The notes under the pieces: generated by a model | The model's database searches: none | Seen by the model: the letters and a program-made list of their open reading frames with translations, nothing else | Told to the model about the DNA's origin: nothing | Part shown: positions 1-13,864 of the stretch, one piece after another | Layout of the letters: each line of letters opens with the position of its first letter | How positions within the stretch are numbered: position 1 is the first letter of the stretch | Translations under genes and position numbers: made by a program | From: Lingula anatina | Taxonomy: Eukaryota; Animalia; Brachiopoda | Length of the DNA stretch: 64,000 nt | Direction: 5' to 3' | NCBI GenBank assembly: GCA_051362555.1 | Contig: CM120643.1 | Coordinates: 9,052,001-9,116,000 of the forward strand

Positions 1-439
1 CTGGTTCCGTCGGGAAGCTTGTCCTACAAGATGCTGGACCATACAAGCGGGCATATTTTCAATGTTCACCTTTTTGTGGAACAAATAATCCTAATCTACT
101 CCCGGCAAAGTGTGACAGTTGTTGAAAATCTACATTCTAGATTGCATATCTACATTTTTATGCTCATATATCAGGATGTACTGTCTTTCAAAACTACCAG
201 TAATCACGCTTTAAGCGCACCGGTGGGCATTTCACATGCCATAACTGGTTATTGACTGAATAAATTGGCAATTACAGTGATGACACATTTATAAAATAAA
301 AAAAAAATCGTATTGGCGTGACAATTATTTTTAACCTTTAAATACTTTGAATGCCAGGGCAAAAATAAATTACGTGAAATTGTTTCAATCCAATATTTGC
401 CTCCAAGCATATATCAAAGTCTTTACACGTTGATAAAAA

Positions 440-2225
440 TGTTTCCGCTCCGGTTGATTCTTCGCAAAATTAAACTAGCTACCATTTGAAGTTCTTGTGA
501 ATAACCGTAACGTACATGTACATGAATAGTCCAGTGAAGGGCTACTTATCACCTAGGACGATCAACACCTACAATATGTAAGTGTAAAATCGCACACGCT
601 GGGAAAAGCAAGGGTCAGGATCTGGTGAGGATCAAATTCTGCTTAATAATCTCAAATTCCACAGAGGCTCTTTTACAATTTTGTAACAGTTACAGGAAGA
701 AGACCATCCAGTGGAGAGTTAGAAACACCCAGCAATGCAAATATGTTTAAAACAAATATGTTGAAAATTATGCTCTATGTTACTTAATATTTGTCTGTAT
801 GTTTTAGAATATTTAACAGAGTAACATTCACAGTAACAAATCATACCTTTGCTCCTGTTTCTGTGCCCGCCTCCAATGGCTATTGTGCCTCCCTGGAAGG
901 TCCAATAAATGTGCGTGTCACCGCCTTCAACAATCTGCCTGTAATATCCTGTAGTTTCAGCAGTGCTTTAAACAGATCATTAATAGCTTATTACGCATGC
1001 GCAAAGTGCAAAAGAGAGCATGGCAGCAGAGGGAAGCAGCACGTGTGAAGTTAGTGCGGGGGGAGTTTTTGTCATTTCTTGTTTTAAAACGTGTTAATCC
1101 ATAATCACCATGTCAAGGTTCGTTATAAGTACCTCGTGACTTCCAGCCCAGATTATGTCTTGAAATTTTTAATGACTTAATGTCTGATTATACCCTTATC
1201 TTTGTCCAATCAGTATACACACGGTATGTGCACCTTACATTTGATCAAATTATGTTCAGTTAGAGAATTTAGCCCTCATGTGCAGATTTTGTATTTAAGA
1301 GAGACTTAACTGAAGTTGTGGGAAGAAGAGAGAGATGGAGTAAAAATAACTGAAAAAACTTCAACCTCCTGTTGTTGTATTTCCTTTCCCATGCTCCAGT
1401 GTCAAGTTTTTTTTGAATGCAGAACCTGGGTAGGAAGTAATACCGACCCCTAAAACCTGTACTAGGGATTCTCCTTCAATACACGTTTCTGACACATCGG
1501 ACATCAGGGATATAGGACAACAGCAGATGTCGTGCTTTAGTGACATTGTCTCTTAAACAAAAGTGCCGTTCTGATACACTGTACATGTACAAGCTGGTGA
1601 TACTTTAAGTGACGGCGTGTCGTGCCATTAAGATCATATCAATTTAGTATTATATAACGCAATCACAGATGGTGTTGTCGATCATGAGACTTCCTGCATC
1701 CTTTGTGCACATATAATCAAGGATCCGAAATATATTATCTTCTATCCTAGATTTAATCAAATGTTAATGACAGTATACATTGTACAGTATACCGATACCT
1801 GTAATTTAAAGTTAACGATTTTGTAGCTACATTGTAGAACCCTAAGTGTTATGATGGTTCCCAGATTGTTTGTACCGCCAAAACCCAAATTGTGTGACAA
1901 ATGTCTATCTGCTAGCCCATGCGTTACATTACGAGTTGACAGTTGTGTGTGTGACGTGTGTGTGTGCGTGTGTGTGTGTGTGTGTGTGTCACACAAGACT
2001 GTAATTGTCGAGGTTGGGCATTTTATTTGCATATTTGTCCTAAATATTTGTACATGTATGTCGCATGCACCGCTATGTACAGTGAACGACGAGCACTTGT
2101 AACCCCGGACACAAAATACACATTGTGTTCGAGTTGTAACTGACCGTTTCATTCGTCCAAGAACACATTCGGTGGTTCGAAAAATATAGGATAATTATAA
2201 TTGCATTTTAATTAGATCACATTGA
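440..2225. repeat. Duplicated segment 3' of oxidase copy 1 (part of the oxidase tandem unit)
   Basis: Colinear similarity to ~9290-10372 and ~14540-16200, e.g. the shared block tattgtgcctccctggaaggtccaataaatg..caccgccttcaacaatctg. Confidence 0.85.
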
Positions 2226-3735
2226 AGCGTTTTAAAATACTGGTACAGCCAAGAAGACGCCTCTGTTTTACAAGCTATGTACATGTACTTGTTTTAAGTG
2301 AAAAACAATTATCCTATTGTTCAAAACGTCGGTGTGAGAGTACTAGCAATGCATTTCCCTCAGAAACCGATGTCTGTTTGGATATGCGTTCCCTTGGTTG
2401 AACTGTCCTACCTAGATCTACATTTACAACATATATTCTTGTCTGCTATAATTCCCTTTCACATTGATGCCTGTGCAGAAACGCAAGTCCTACATATTTA
2501 ATGTCTGTATAATTATTTCAACACGCAGCGATAAGTATCGGTAATATTCGAGTCTTTTTAGCAGCGTCCACACAGGCTCATGGGTAAGACGTTTGGATGA
2601 AATGTCAATTACGGTGAGAGAAAGGAAGTGGATTCAAGTCTAAAATAGAAAATTGTCTTACTTTAAAGGTACATACGAACCGAGCATCGGTGGAGCGTGG
2701 ATTCCCAGTAACACATGTAAACCACTTCTACTAGATTCTTATATGACTCAAATAAATTCGACATGCCAAGGGATAAACTGAATTGATCACTCGATCAGCC
2801 ATAAAAGACCTTTAGACTGCTCCTTTCTTTACATTTTTGGTTGTAAATTTAACCTACTTTCGTGACCTACTTTCCTGCCCCATTGACATACAGCTTAGAA
2901 TGCCAGCAGAAAAATCCGTTGAAACATCATTTTCGGGTAAAAATAAACAATGCCGTTTGGCAATTCTCTTAGTTATACTACTTGAAACTACATACTGGCA
3001 TTTGGTTGGTTTTTGTGACAAAAAATTGACTTTGTATGCATCTTTAATATTAGAAAAAAGTGTATAAATACTCTACCATTGTATGCCTTTGGGTAATTTG
3101 ATAACGCGTATTGCAACGTGTTTCTGCTTTCCTGGAGACAGTTTTTGATTGTATAATATCTTCTATTTATTACCCAGAGATGTGACCCTGTGCTCTTTTG
3201 CGACGATACATGTACATACTAGTGTCATACAAGCAGAATTTTCTCACTATAAGTGCTCCCTTTTCTCACTATAAAAAAATTAAAAAATTGCCGTTGATTC
3301 GTAGTATATATTAATAAATCAGTTAACATTTTGTGTTTTTCTGAAAGCAGTAGGTCTTTAAGCATTGATGTCCCCCTTGGTAGTAGAACCAGCCGAAAAT
3401 TGGAAGAACAAGTGGCGTTACTGACTGTATCGTGTTAAAAAACTTACTAGTTTTATCATTGTCGCATTGTGCTTCAAAAAGAGAAGGTATCAATATCTCT
3501 TTAACTGTAGCTTAAAGAACTGATTGGATAAAACAACAGTTGATACTCAGTGGATAAAAGGGCATGGCGCGTCATACCAAATTTGTGACGTCAGACTTAT
3601 GCATCAGAGCTGCCACTCATATTCGAAAACATACGAACGAAGATTGACAGCGGTTTCTTTATTAAAACAAAAGTCATCACCAAAATCCAAACAGAATATT
3701 GATTAAAATGGCTTCTTGATTATTAGAAGTCCGCA

Positions 3736-3803
3736 TCCAGCAAACACAGAGCGTTTTAAAATGTTACGGGTACGTTATCATGTAACGTTATGTGTTTCCT
3801 GGG
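3736..3803. mobile_element. 68-bp miniature CMC/EnSpm-type element
   Basis: Termini (t/c)CCAGCAAACACA...TGTGTTTCCTGGG, flanked by CA on both sides, with internal aacgtt-like motifs; same terminus style as 7134-8059. Confidence 0.55.
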
Positions 3804-4269
3804 CAGTGTATAATATGGCGGCAAGTTAATGATTATACATGTATAAAAGGTTGCCTTACCCGTGACTGAGCTTTCTTAGCTAGTATCCGAGGTATAATCA
3901 TTTGCTCTGTTTCATGGAAACATTTGACAGTCAAAGAAGTGCTTCAAAAAGGAAAATAGAATTAAAAACAAAGACATATATTGGTACATGGGATTAGTAA
4001 AACTGATATAATAAAAACTCAGTGTATAAAATAGTAAAATAATTGATAAAATTGTTATAGGCCTTATATAATTAATGCAGTCCCCTGTCTTGATAACGAA
4101 AGAAGGACCGCTATGACAAAATATTTTAAATGTTATTCAGTTAGAGGCAGGTATGCGTATTCAATTTAGTGCCGAAATCAACATGAAATATCGGACCATT
4201 TTACAGCCGATTTTATTATTTACATGACGAGGCATACCTATTTCATGGTTTGAATATGCTTGATTTGGA

Positions 4270-6071
4270 CTACTGGGTCTCTGATAAAGCAATCACTTGT
4301 TCTCGAGTGGAAGGATCCATTCCAAACTGTCTTAACAGCCTGGTTGCCTCACGTACACCAGACTCGCGTGCACCGTGCATTGTCCCATTGTATGCAGCGT
4401 GAGTTGCCTCGCCGGCGAAAAGAACCCTCGGTTGACCATTGCTGTCTTCAATGGGCTCAGCTAAAACGTTGAAGTGGTTGGCATTTGACCGCAATCCCAT
4501 GCATGAATATGACCCCAAGGTGTACTTGTTGGTGCCCCAGGTGGACCGGATGACTTTGCACGGGTAAGGGATGGTAGGATCCCCGAGGAACTGACGCATC
4601 ACCATGGTGAAGGTTTCAGAGATCTCTTCATCTGGAACAGTCTCCGCCTGGAGGCCCTCGTGGCATGGGATCCATGCATACAGACAGTTGGGGTTGAACC
4701 GTACAACATCAATGGAAAATATTCTCTTGAACCACTGTGATTTAGGGTCTGTGATGACAAACTCTTTGTTGTCCCAGGCAAGCCTTACGCTCTCTAACGC
4801 AGTGCCGTCTGACCAAAACGGCGGATCGTACTCGAGGAATATTTTATCAACAACACCAAACTCAATTCTATCTATTGCAAGGTATTTTTCTTGCGAAAGA
4901 GGTGGATCAAAAAAGTTCTGGTGGTGTTCTTTCAAGTATCCTAGCGACACCGTAACGACAGCACATTTTGCCCGATAAGTGTCACCACTAGAGCACCTGA
5001 TTTTAACTCCACCGTCTTCCCAGTTGACAGTGACCACTTCCGCGCCGACTTTTATCCGCTCTTTACTTCGAAAGCGAGATGCGATGGCACTTATCAAGGA
5101 CCTTGCACCCTTTGGCATAAAAGCATCCCCTCCGTCTATTTCTTTGTGCTTTATGTATGATTCGAAGGGTACATTGGCAATATCCCAACCGAAATTTAGC
5201 CTTTGGTAATTAAAAAACCAATAAAAAATGACCGTAACATCTTCTCGCTCAGACATGGGGAATTTTTCGAGGAATTCTGGTAATCTGTCAACATAAAAAT
5301 CTTCCACGGTATCAATGGCTTTGTCTTGTTTACTAGGACAGCAGTGCATTCTTTGGGCCTCTGCATCTATCTCCATACAGAACTCCCAGACCTTGGCACC
5401 AAGATTCTCATCAATTTTGCGACCATCACTCCTGTAAAAACGTCCTTTGGACCTGCAACAATGTCAGGTTTAGTGAAGTTACCAACAAAATGCAACTTTA
5501 AAATATATGGAGCTCAAAACGTACAACAGTGCAATGGTGATGACTTCAACCAATCATCTGTCCTATCTACATTAGATGCTTTTGTGAATATACGAATAGG
5601 GGTTTATTTTAGTTACCACGACCGAACGCATGATGAACACCTTTACAGAACGTCAAGAAGGTTTGGTGAAGGGGAACATCCACAAGTCCCTTACAAATAT
5701 CTTGACATCAACATTTATCTGCCATGCTAATATCAAAAAGACATAAGTATTCACCAGTTCATCAGCTCTTGTTTGTTTGCCAAATCATTCTCTTCTGCCA
5801 GTACCATGATGGAGTTCTCTGAAGTGGTCCCATGGATCCAGTTGGCACCAAGTTCTACAAATGAGCTTCCGAAGTCCTCAGTATGACATCTGCCGCCGAT
5901 CCTGTTGAGATAACATCATTGAAAATAAAGTTAAATTTTCGACGATTAAATAATAAGACTAAAAGAGAGAGAGAGAGAGAGAGAGATGGCGCCTCAGTTG
6001 GTTTGGGCACGTATTTACATCTATAAGAGGCTGATAAGAGAGAGAGGGGGGGGGGGGGGGAGAAGCGACTG

Positions 6072-6114
<43 letters not shown>

Positions 6115-8338
6115 TACCCTCAGATGGTTTGGACACGTATCTACATCTATATAGAGACCTTAAAGTCATTTGAAGTTAGATTGTGGAATCAAACAGTATA
6201 AAAAAACGGTGGATACCAGGAAGCCACGAGGCAAACCAAAGAGTAGAGGAAAAAGTAGCGTACCACCTACGAACATGCCTTTACCACCCCATATGTAGAC
6301 AAACTACATGTACATGCGTAGAGTAAGATTTTCTGCCAATTTCGAAGTTTTTTCCTCTTTTTATTTTTATTTGACACCGGTCATAGGGCTTGGACTAATG
6401 GACAGATGGATGGAAAAGGAAAACGAAAACGAAGTTAACACCAACGCTAAATAATAGATTCTGCGAATCTACTAAATTTGTTCCAAGTTCAAGTATTCGT
6501 TACTTATGGCTATTACTTTGCTCCCTAACCGTGATTATATTGATCCATCTAAGCTTTTAAGAAAATAGGAAATATCGCTTACTGGCCGGGTTTCAGTCCG
6601 CAACGACTACACTGACAAAGCTTAAAATCCGCGTGCATCCGCGTAAAGAACAGAACCATGTTAATTCACTACTGGACATTTTAAAAATCTCCCTCTTTTT
6701 AAGCCAATTTCCAAAATGAATCTGAATGCCTCACCTATACACCTATAGAAATTCAACTCACGAACCATATATCTCAAAAGCCGCATTGGTATTAACCTGC
6801 ACGTCCCAATTGAGTTTCAATTTGCAAACGCCAGTATTTGGCCTCATTCATAGTAGGGGACTAATTAGTCCGAGGGTCAAATATGGCTGACCCACTTGAA
6901 TACATCCCCACGTGATATTTATTCGATGCTCATTAGCGGATTGGACGGCAAGCTTTGTAGTGGGTCGCCATATTTGGCCCTCGGACTAGTTATTCCCCTA
7001 TTCTGAAAGAGGCTTTTCAGGTACAACAGCTGAAGACTGTGTCACACTTTCAATGCGCATAAGTTACACGAGATCGCGTCAGGATGTCTTCAGCGTTGAA
7101 TAAAATCTGATGGGATGGAATTTGGGAGATCATCCCAGCAGGCATAGTGACGTTGGATCAACGTTGAAAACAGGTTGATACGTTGAATTGCCGTTGATCT
7201 ACCTAAATTCAACGTAAAATCAACGTTGATCCAGCCACGTCAAAACACCGTCATAATGTGACGTTGACTCAACGTTGTATTTTGGTCATTGGCTCAACGT
7301 TGTTGTTTGGTCGTCGTGATGCAAGACATGAATTATAATTTAAAATATTAATTATTGAAAACGTGATACTTTGTTTATCAATACTGTAACTAACTTTATC
7401 AAAAATTTTAAAAATGTGTTTTAAAGTAAAAGAGACGGCATGTTTTGTGTCTTTAGTGAACTAGTGAATTTTCTTAACTTGTTATTCAGAAATACATTCC
7501 AATAAGCTTCCTTGCAAGGTCAGCTAACACTAGGATGAATAAGTTGCTGTAAATGTGATGGAGTGAAGTTAACAGAATTGACAGTTCTCCGTACCCTGTT
7601 ATAGATACATTTTAGACAGGTTGAGGTGCCTGTGACTTATATATATATAAAACTAAACCTTGGAAATCCTAACTTAAAGGCCATACATATATTCCCTACA
7701 TATATTTAGCCATCAAACATATCCTACTGCTAAACACATCCAAGCTGAAAGGATGTACCATGCTTAGGTGCAAAACATGTTTAGGAGTTAAATGCGTTGA
7801 AAAAATCAGACAAAGCAGGCACTTGGGCGTTTTTACAGTGTACGTTATAATTGTGTACCTGTGTTTTGTACTAAAAATAAAAACATTTCAGGTCATTTTA
7901 ATGTCTTTTCATGCAAGAATGTTCTCTAACAACTGGGGTTGATACAATGTTGATATCTGACGTTGATCCAATTTTCAAATCCAATGTTAATCCAACGTCT
8001 TATTAACGTTATGGTTAAACGTTGTTTCAACGTTAAAACAACATAATTTGCCCGCTGGGATGTTTCTAAGATTGGTTGGTTGTTTTGAGGGCAGGTTCTC
8101 GATTCATAACTACACACTTCTGCAACAATATGGAAAGTAATAGGTATAAGTAAGAAAGAAAGTTACAAGGAAGTTTTTAAGCCCATGAATCTTTATACAC
8201 GTACCTGTCACTAGCTTCCAGAATTATGAAGTCCTCAAAGCCCGCTGCTGTGAGGGTCTCCGCAACAGTAAGTCCAGCTATTCCGGCCCCAATGATGACC
8301 ACGCCGTAAACCTTGTCCGAGGTTTTATCTGATGACAT
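4270..8338 (-). CDS. Spermine/polyamine oxidase-like flavin amine oxidase, copy 1 (3 coding exons, ~487 aa)
   Basis: Exons 8338-8205, 5901-5755 and 5452-4270 join by GT-AG in phase 2/2 into one open frame. Motifs: FAD-binding VVIIGAGIAGL..ILEASDRIGGR, ELGANWIHG, VVTVSLGYLK, GVVDKIFLEY (conserved Lys), TLGSYS, VLFAGEATH..GTMHGARESGVREA. Confidence 0.92.
5963..6110. repeat. (GA)n microsatellites within a locally duplicated ~120-bp block
   Basis: Two GA tracts, each followed by atgg..cctcag.tggtttgg.cacgtat.tacatctata. Confidence 0.8.
6840..7014. mobile_element. Palindromic MITE (family A, PIF/Harbinger-like) in intron 1 of oxidase copy 1
   Basis: Long imperfect inverted arms (tagtccgagggtcaaatatggc / gccatatttggccctcggacta); shares the core caaatatggc.gacccacttgaat with the VWA intron-4 MITE. 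Confidence 0.7.
7134..8059. mobile_element. Non-autonomous CMC/EnSpm-type DNA transposon
   Basis: TIRs CCCAGCAGGCA...TGCCCGCTGGG, 2-bp AT flanks, and dense subterminal (c)aacgtt(g) repeats at both ends (7150-7310 and 7945-8035). Confidence 0.75.
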
Positions 8339-9056
8339 GCTGGCACTAACAGCTTTCACGTTGTCAGAGTCTTGTCAGTTTCGCTTGAAGAGTTTATTGG
8401 TCAACCTAACCTAATGCAAAGATATCAGCCGATTTTACTGTTGGTAGGGTGCATTTTCCCCGTTTTTTTAATATTCAGTGACAAGCAAACTTAAGTCGCT
8501 CAAAAACAATTAACTGCTCTATACAGAAGATTATTATAATTTTACAACGTTATACTTGTAGGAGATCAATCAAAGAACAAAACTAGTGATGATTGAATTT
8601 TCAAAGTGAGTACATCGTTTCACAGCTGGACGCTTTGCATTTGTGACAGTGAAGTATGTTCCTTTTTGGGGGTTAGTCGATGAATTATCTTTTATTATTC
8701 ATGGTTCCAGGAGAGTGAAACTTTGATACAAACTTCTTGACTTGGGACCCTAAAATATTCAAACATAGTTTGCATATTTCAGAACCCAACTAGATCAGAT
8801 ATCCCTGTTCCTACATGGCCATAAAACACTAACATCTGGACAAAACAATAACATTTTTGAAATAGTGTCGAATTTCTTAATCAAAAATGTCTGAATCTTC
8901 TTCCATATCTGTTCTGGCGCCTACCACTCTCTCCTGATGGCCTATTGCCCCCCCCACAAATACCTTTCCCCCATGCCCTGTCCCTCACTCCCTTCAAATG
9001 TCACTCATGTCCTCGTCACTGTCTTTTCTTTGAATATTATTATTATCTTTTTTTAG

Positions 9057-9057
<1 letters not shown>

Positions 9058-9100
<43 letters not shown>

Positions 9101-9112
9101 TATTATTATTAT
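9058..9112. repeat. (AAT)n/(TAT)n microsatellite
   Basis: Directly visible. Confidence 0.9.
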
Positions 9113-9234
9113 TTAATTTCAAAGGTGAGCATGTAATGCCTTGGCGAATTGCCACCTTCAATTATACTGCAATCAGTATTTAACCTTCATGAGAATAAAG
9201 ATGTTTAAAAAGAATAATTTGTTTTCTAAATATT

Positions 9235-10372
9235 TTTTAGAGCAGGCCTGTGACCTCAATTGCACCTCTAGACTGGATTAGGGTGAACAATGTCTCCGCC
9301 CCGGTTGGTTTCTATATGCCGACAGACCCTTCGCAAAACTGAAATTTACCACTTGAAATTCTTGTGCATAACCGTTAAGTGCATGTATACGTAAAGTTCA
9401 GTCAAGGGCTACTTGTAACCTACATATAGGACAAATTTCTTCGTCCAAGGTGACACCTACAATATGTAAGTGTGAAATGGCGCCCAGTGGGAAAAGCAAA
9501 GGGTATGTCTGGCGAAAAACGCGTTTTGCCGAGTAATCTCAAATCCCACCGAGATCCTTTGTACAATTTTGTAAAAGTTACAGGTAGAAAAACCATACAG
9601 TAGAGAGTTAGAAGCGTGTAGCACCCATGTTTTTTTTTCATAATGGAATTTGTTCAAAATAAATATATTGAAAATTATGCTCTATGTTACACAAAATTAT
9701 TACCTATGTTTTATCATATTTAACTGAGTAACACTCACAGTAACAATTCATACCTTCGCTCCGGTTTCTGTGCCCGCCTTCAATGGTTATTGTGCCTCCC
9801 TGGAAGGTCCAATAAATGTGCGTGTCACCGCCTTCAACAATCTGCCTGTAATATCCTGTAGTTCCAGCAGTGCCTTAAATAGGTCGTTAGTAGCATGCGC
9901 AATGTGCAAGAGAGAGAGCAAGGCAGCAGAGTGAAGCAGCACGTGTAATGTTAGTGCGAGGGAGTTTTTGTCTTTTTTGTTAAAAAATATGTGTTAATCA
10001 ATAATCGCCATGTCAAGGCTCGTGACTTCCATCCCAGATAATGTTTTCATTTTTTTTACTTACTTAATGTCTGATTATACCCTAAATCTTTGTCCAATCA
10101 GTACATGTACCAATACACCTGACATTTCCGGAACTGCGTTTTATCAAATTATACTCAGTTATAGAATCTACTGTACATGCGGGTGATACTTTAAGCGACG
10201 GCGTATCGCGTCAAAAAGATCATATCAATCCAACATTATATAACGCAATCACAGATGGTGTTAATGATCATGAAACTTCCTGCATCATTTGTGCACATTT
10301 AAATAAAACATATATTGTCTTCTATCCTAGATTTCATCAAATGGAAATGACAATATGCATGGTACAGTACCA
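9235..10372. repeat. Duplicated segment 3' of oxidase copy 2
   Basis: Paralogous to 440-1790 and 14490-15990. Confidence 0.85.
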
Positions 10373-11080
10373 TCGTATAAATTTCTGTTTCTATCGCGTG
10401 TCAAAAGATACCCTGTACCTGATCAAATATCGACTAAGGAAACCACGATGATCGAAAACTCGGCCCTTACTATTAGGATGAATATGAAACATATTTCTCT
10501 CTACCAGTATTTGTTTTAAAGATGTTTTCTTAATTAGACGTGTCTTGTCTTGTCTTATTTTATTTCTTTTAAAGAAAACCCATTTATCAAAACGAAGTTA
10601 ATGCATTTAGGTTTCAACGTGTCTGCCAACAGCTAATGCAGTCTCCACCCGGACCCCACACATTAAACGCGACCAGGGTTCCAGTGTCGTGACCAAGATC
10701 CATAGCTGGTCGGCCATAGATTTGACTAATATTATACATTAACGAATGACTTTGTTTTATCGTTTTGGATTTTAAACATGCAGTTAGTGATAAATAGTTA
10801 TGAAGACAAGGCTGTTTTTTTCTTAATCTAGAATTGATTATTTTTTCTTAACAAACATACTTTTGTTATTTACTGTAAGTGCTTTTATGTGAGAATCCGT
10901 ATGTTTTATTTAGAGTATGTTTTATTTAGAATACTTTTATATTTTTTGTCGTTATGATTTGCAATTTTTCATTTATCTATTCCTTATAATTAATTTCTTA
11001 ATTAATTGTTTAATGTATATATAAAGTCTTCTGAACATGTAATAATGGATTTTAGACTCAAAATAAATGTATTATTATAC

Positions 11081-11127
<47 letters not shown>
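11081..11127. repeat. (ATT)n microsatellite
   Basis: Directly visible. Confidence 0.9.
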
Positions 11128-11128
<1 letters not shown>

Positions 11129-11403
11129 GATTTCCTTATTATCAAATTGACGACTGAATTGATAAAACCTTGAAGATATAAAATCCTATGCTATGAGTTT
11201 GGAGGCCAAAATATCATTGGGGTTTAGGACAAACGTCAAGGCATCAACGATGGCTGAGGAGTTTCATCTGTACAGCGTATGCATGTTGCACTGACATGGC
11301 AGTATGTATGCTATCAGATATGCATACATTAAAGAACAAGTAAATTTTCGACGAATCAAGATAGGACGTGACATTCAGGTATTATTTTTGATTATCGATA
11401 TCA

Positions 11404-13864
11404 TTATTCAAGGTGTTTGGTGGGTGCTTTAATCCCTCCAAAGTATCGGAGAAGTCTCGTTGCTTCCCGCACGCCAGACTCGCGTGCTCCATGCATTGTA
11501 GAATGGTACTTTGTATGAGTAGCCTCACCGGCGAAAAGGACTCTTAATCGACCATTGGAATCCGTCAAGGGTTCGGCTAGGCATCCGAAGTGACTGGCGT
11601 CCGACCTCATCCCAAGGCATGAATACGAACCCAGTGTGTGCTGGTTGGTGCCCCAGGTTGACCAAATGACCTTAGAAGGTTTCGGGATAGAGGGGTCTCC
11701 GAGGAACTGGCGTAGAAGGCTGGTGCAGGTTTCTGAAATGTCTTCCTCAGAGAGGTGCTCCATGTGATACGCCTCGTTGCATGAGATCCACACGCAGAGG
11801 CAGCTAGGGTTGAAATAGACGTCATCAAAGGAAAATATTCTCTTGTACCACTGGCTCTCTGGGTCAGTGATGACAGCCTCATCGTCGTCCCACGCAAGCT
11901 TGACACTGCCAAAACCTACTTCAGAAGACCAAAATGGATGGTCATAGTGAAGAAATATTTTGTCTACTAACCCAAAATCCAAGCCATCAATCGCTTTGAT
12001 TTTGTCATGTGGAAGGGATGGTTGGAAAAGATCCCGGTGATGTTCTTTCAGGTATCCCAGCGACACCGTGATGACGACACATTTTGCTCGATAGATGTCT
12101 CCACTGGAACACCTGACTTCAACTAGATCATCTCCCCAGCTGATCGAGGTCGCCTGCTTTTCAGTGTTAAGCCTCCCCTCACATCTAAAGCGCGATAGGA
12201 TTGCATTAACTAACGACCTCGTGCCCTTTGGAATGAGAACGTCTCCTCCTTCTGTTTCGGGAGTCATACTGCATAATTCGAGCGGAATGTGGGCGATTTC
12301 CCCTCCCCAGTGAAATCGTAGATAGTTGGAAAAACAGTTAAAGATGGCAATTACATCTGCTCTCTCAGCTCCTTGGAACTTTATAAGATTTTCTTGTAAT
12401 CTCTTGACATAATAGTCTTTCATGGAGAAAACGGTTTTATCTCCTTTACTGGGGCATGGGTGTCCTGTTTCCACTTCGGCCTCGATCTCTTTACAGAGAG
12501 TCCAGACTTTGGCACCCAGTTCTTTATCAATTTGTCTGTCATTACTCCTGTAGAAATGTCCACGGGCCCTGTAAATAATGAAAAGAGTACATAATACGCC
12601 TTTACAAGATAGTGGTTCTCAGAAAAGTATGTCAAAGGATCGAATTTAAACCATAAAACAAATATTCTTAGCGCTGTCTATCAATTCGGTTTCCTATTAG
12701 TAAATAAATGTGAAAATTCAATTAGAGAGCAAAGATATCCGACAAGGCATCTTATTTCTCGTTATAACCAATAATTCATTTATTTATTTTTAGGTATTTA
12801 ATCGATTTTTGACCTATCTTGAAAAATCAAACTTGTCAACCAAACAGGTTCAAAAGCACACTGGTATTTTTATTGGTGGAGGCAATAGTGTGCATACTGC
12901 ATGCTGTGTTTAAGGTTTCAAACGGATGGACATGCAATATAGCAGACCAGGTTCAAAGGAGAGATACCCTTCTCGTTTAAAGGGGGATTCAAAGCTATTT
13001 TCCTACAACGCTAAGTACATTGGCTCGATGCAGATCGGTCATGTCGCCTTTTATTGGCCAACATGTCTACATAAAATTTTTGTAGTGAAATCTAAAAAAA
13101 TGTAACCTGTTCATCAGTTGATGCTTGATGGCCAAATCATTCTCTTCGGCCAGCACCATGACGGAGTTCTCTGAAGTGGTGCCATGAATCCAGTTGGCAC
13201 CAAGTTCTACAAATGAGCTCCCAAAGTCCTCAGTACGGCACCTGCCGCCGATCCTGTGCATAAACAAAGAAGAACCATTGTAAAACAGAATAATACTCAG
13301 GCTTATATACAGGGTATTATACTGTTTGCTTCGTACGACAAGGCCGATAAACTCTTGAAAAGGGAGAAGACACAAATCGGTTCTCAAATCATGATTTAAA
13401 TTTAATAGCAAACAAAGAGAGGTGCATTTATTCTTTTTGATGTGTCTTTTCCCCTCTAAATTAAATCTCTCTCTAAATAGCGGCCAGCACTAATTAAGAC
13501 ATCAAAGTCACTGGTTAGCTAACTTGTGTTATAAATGCAACCTAAAGAAGAAGATTCATCTCATCTTCTGTTTCTTTTGTCAAAAAAATTAAAAATAAAT
13601 AAATAAAATAAAAATAAAAAACACACCTCATGTAACGGGTAGCTAAGGGATCCACATTTAACGCAAACACAGTCTGTATGCCCGGTACATCAGGTACATA
13701 AACATGTATATGTGCTTGAATTCACTGTACCTGTTACTGGCTTCAAGTATTAGGAAGTCCTCAAAGCCCGCTGCTGTGAGGGTCTCCGCCACCGTAAGTC
13801 CAGCTATTCCGGCCCCAATGATGACCACGCCGTAAACCTTGTCCGAGGTTTTATCTGATGACAT
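11404..13864 (-). CDS. Spermine/polyamine oxidase-like flavin amine oxidase, copy 2 (3 coding exons, ~481 aa)
   Basis: Exons 13864-13731, 13253-13107 and 12568-11404 with the same phases and motifs as copy 1 (GAGIAG, GANWIHG, GLVDKIFL, GSYS, FAGEATH..STMHGARESG). Confidence 0.92.

Noticed and set aside
3-125. Short open frame at the window edge (GSVGKLVLQDAGPYKRAYFQCSPFCG..)
   Set aside because: Truncated by the window and has no recognisable motif.
1757-2152. ORFs rich in CV, HT, ER or SL runs (also 5855, 23583, 26448, 43643, 62101)
   Set aside because: Translations of dinucleotide microsatellites.
4260-5730. Plus-strand and alternate-frame ORFs overlapping oxidase exons (also 12095, 17645, 18685) and antisense ORFs over VWA exon 4
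   Set aside because: Shadow frames of real exons; they recur only because the genes are duplicated.
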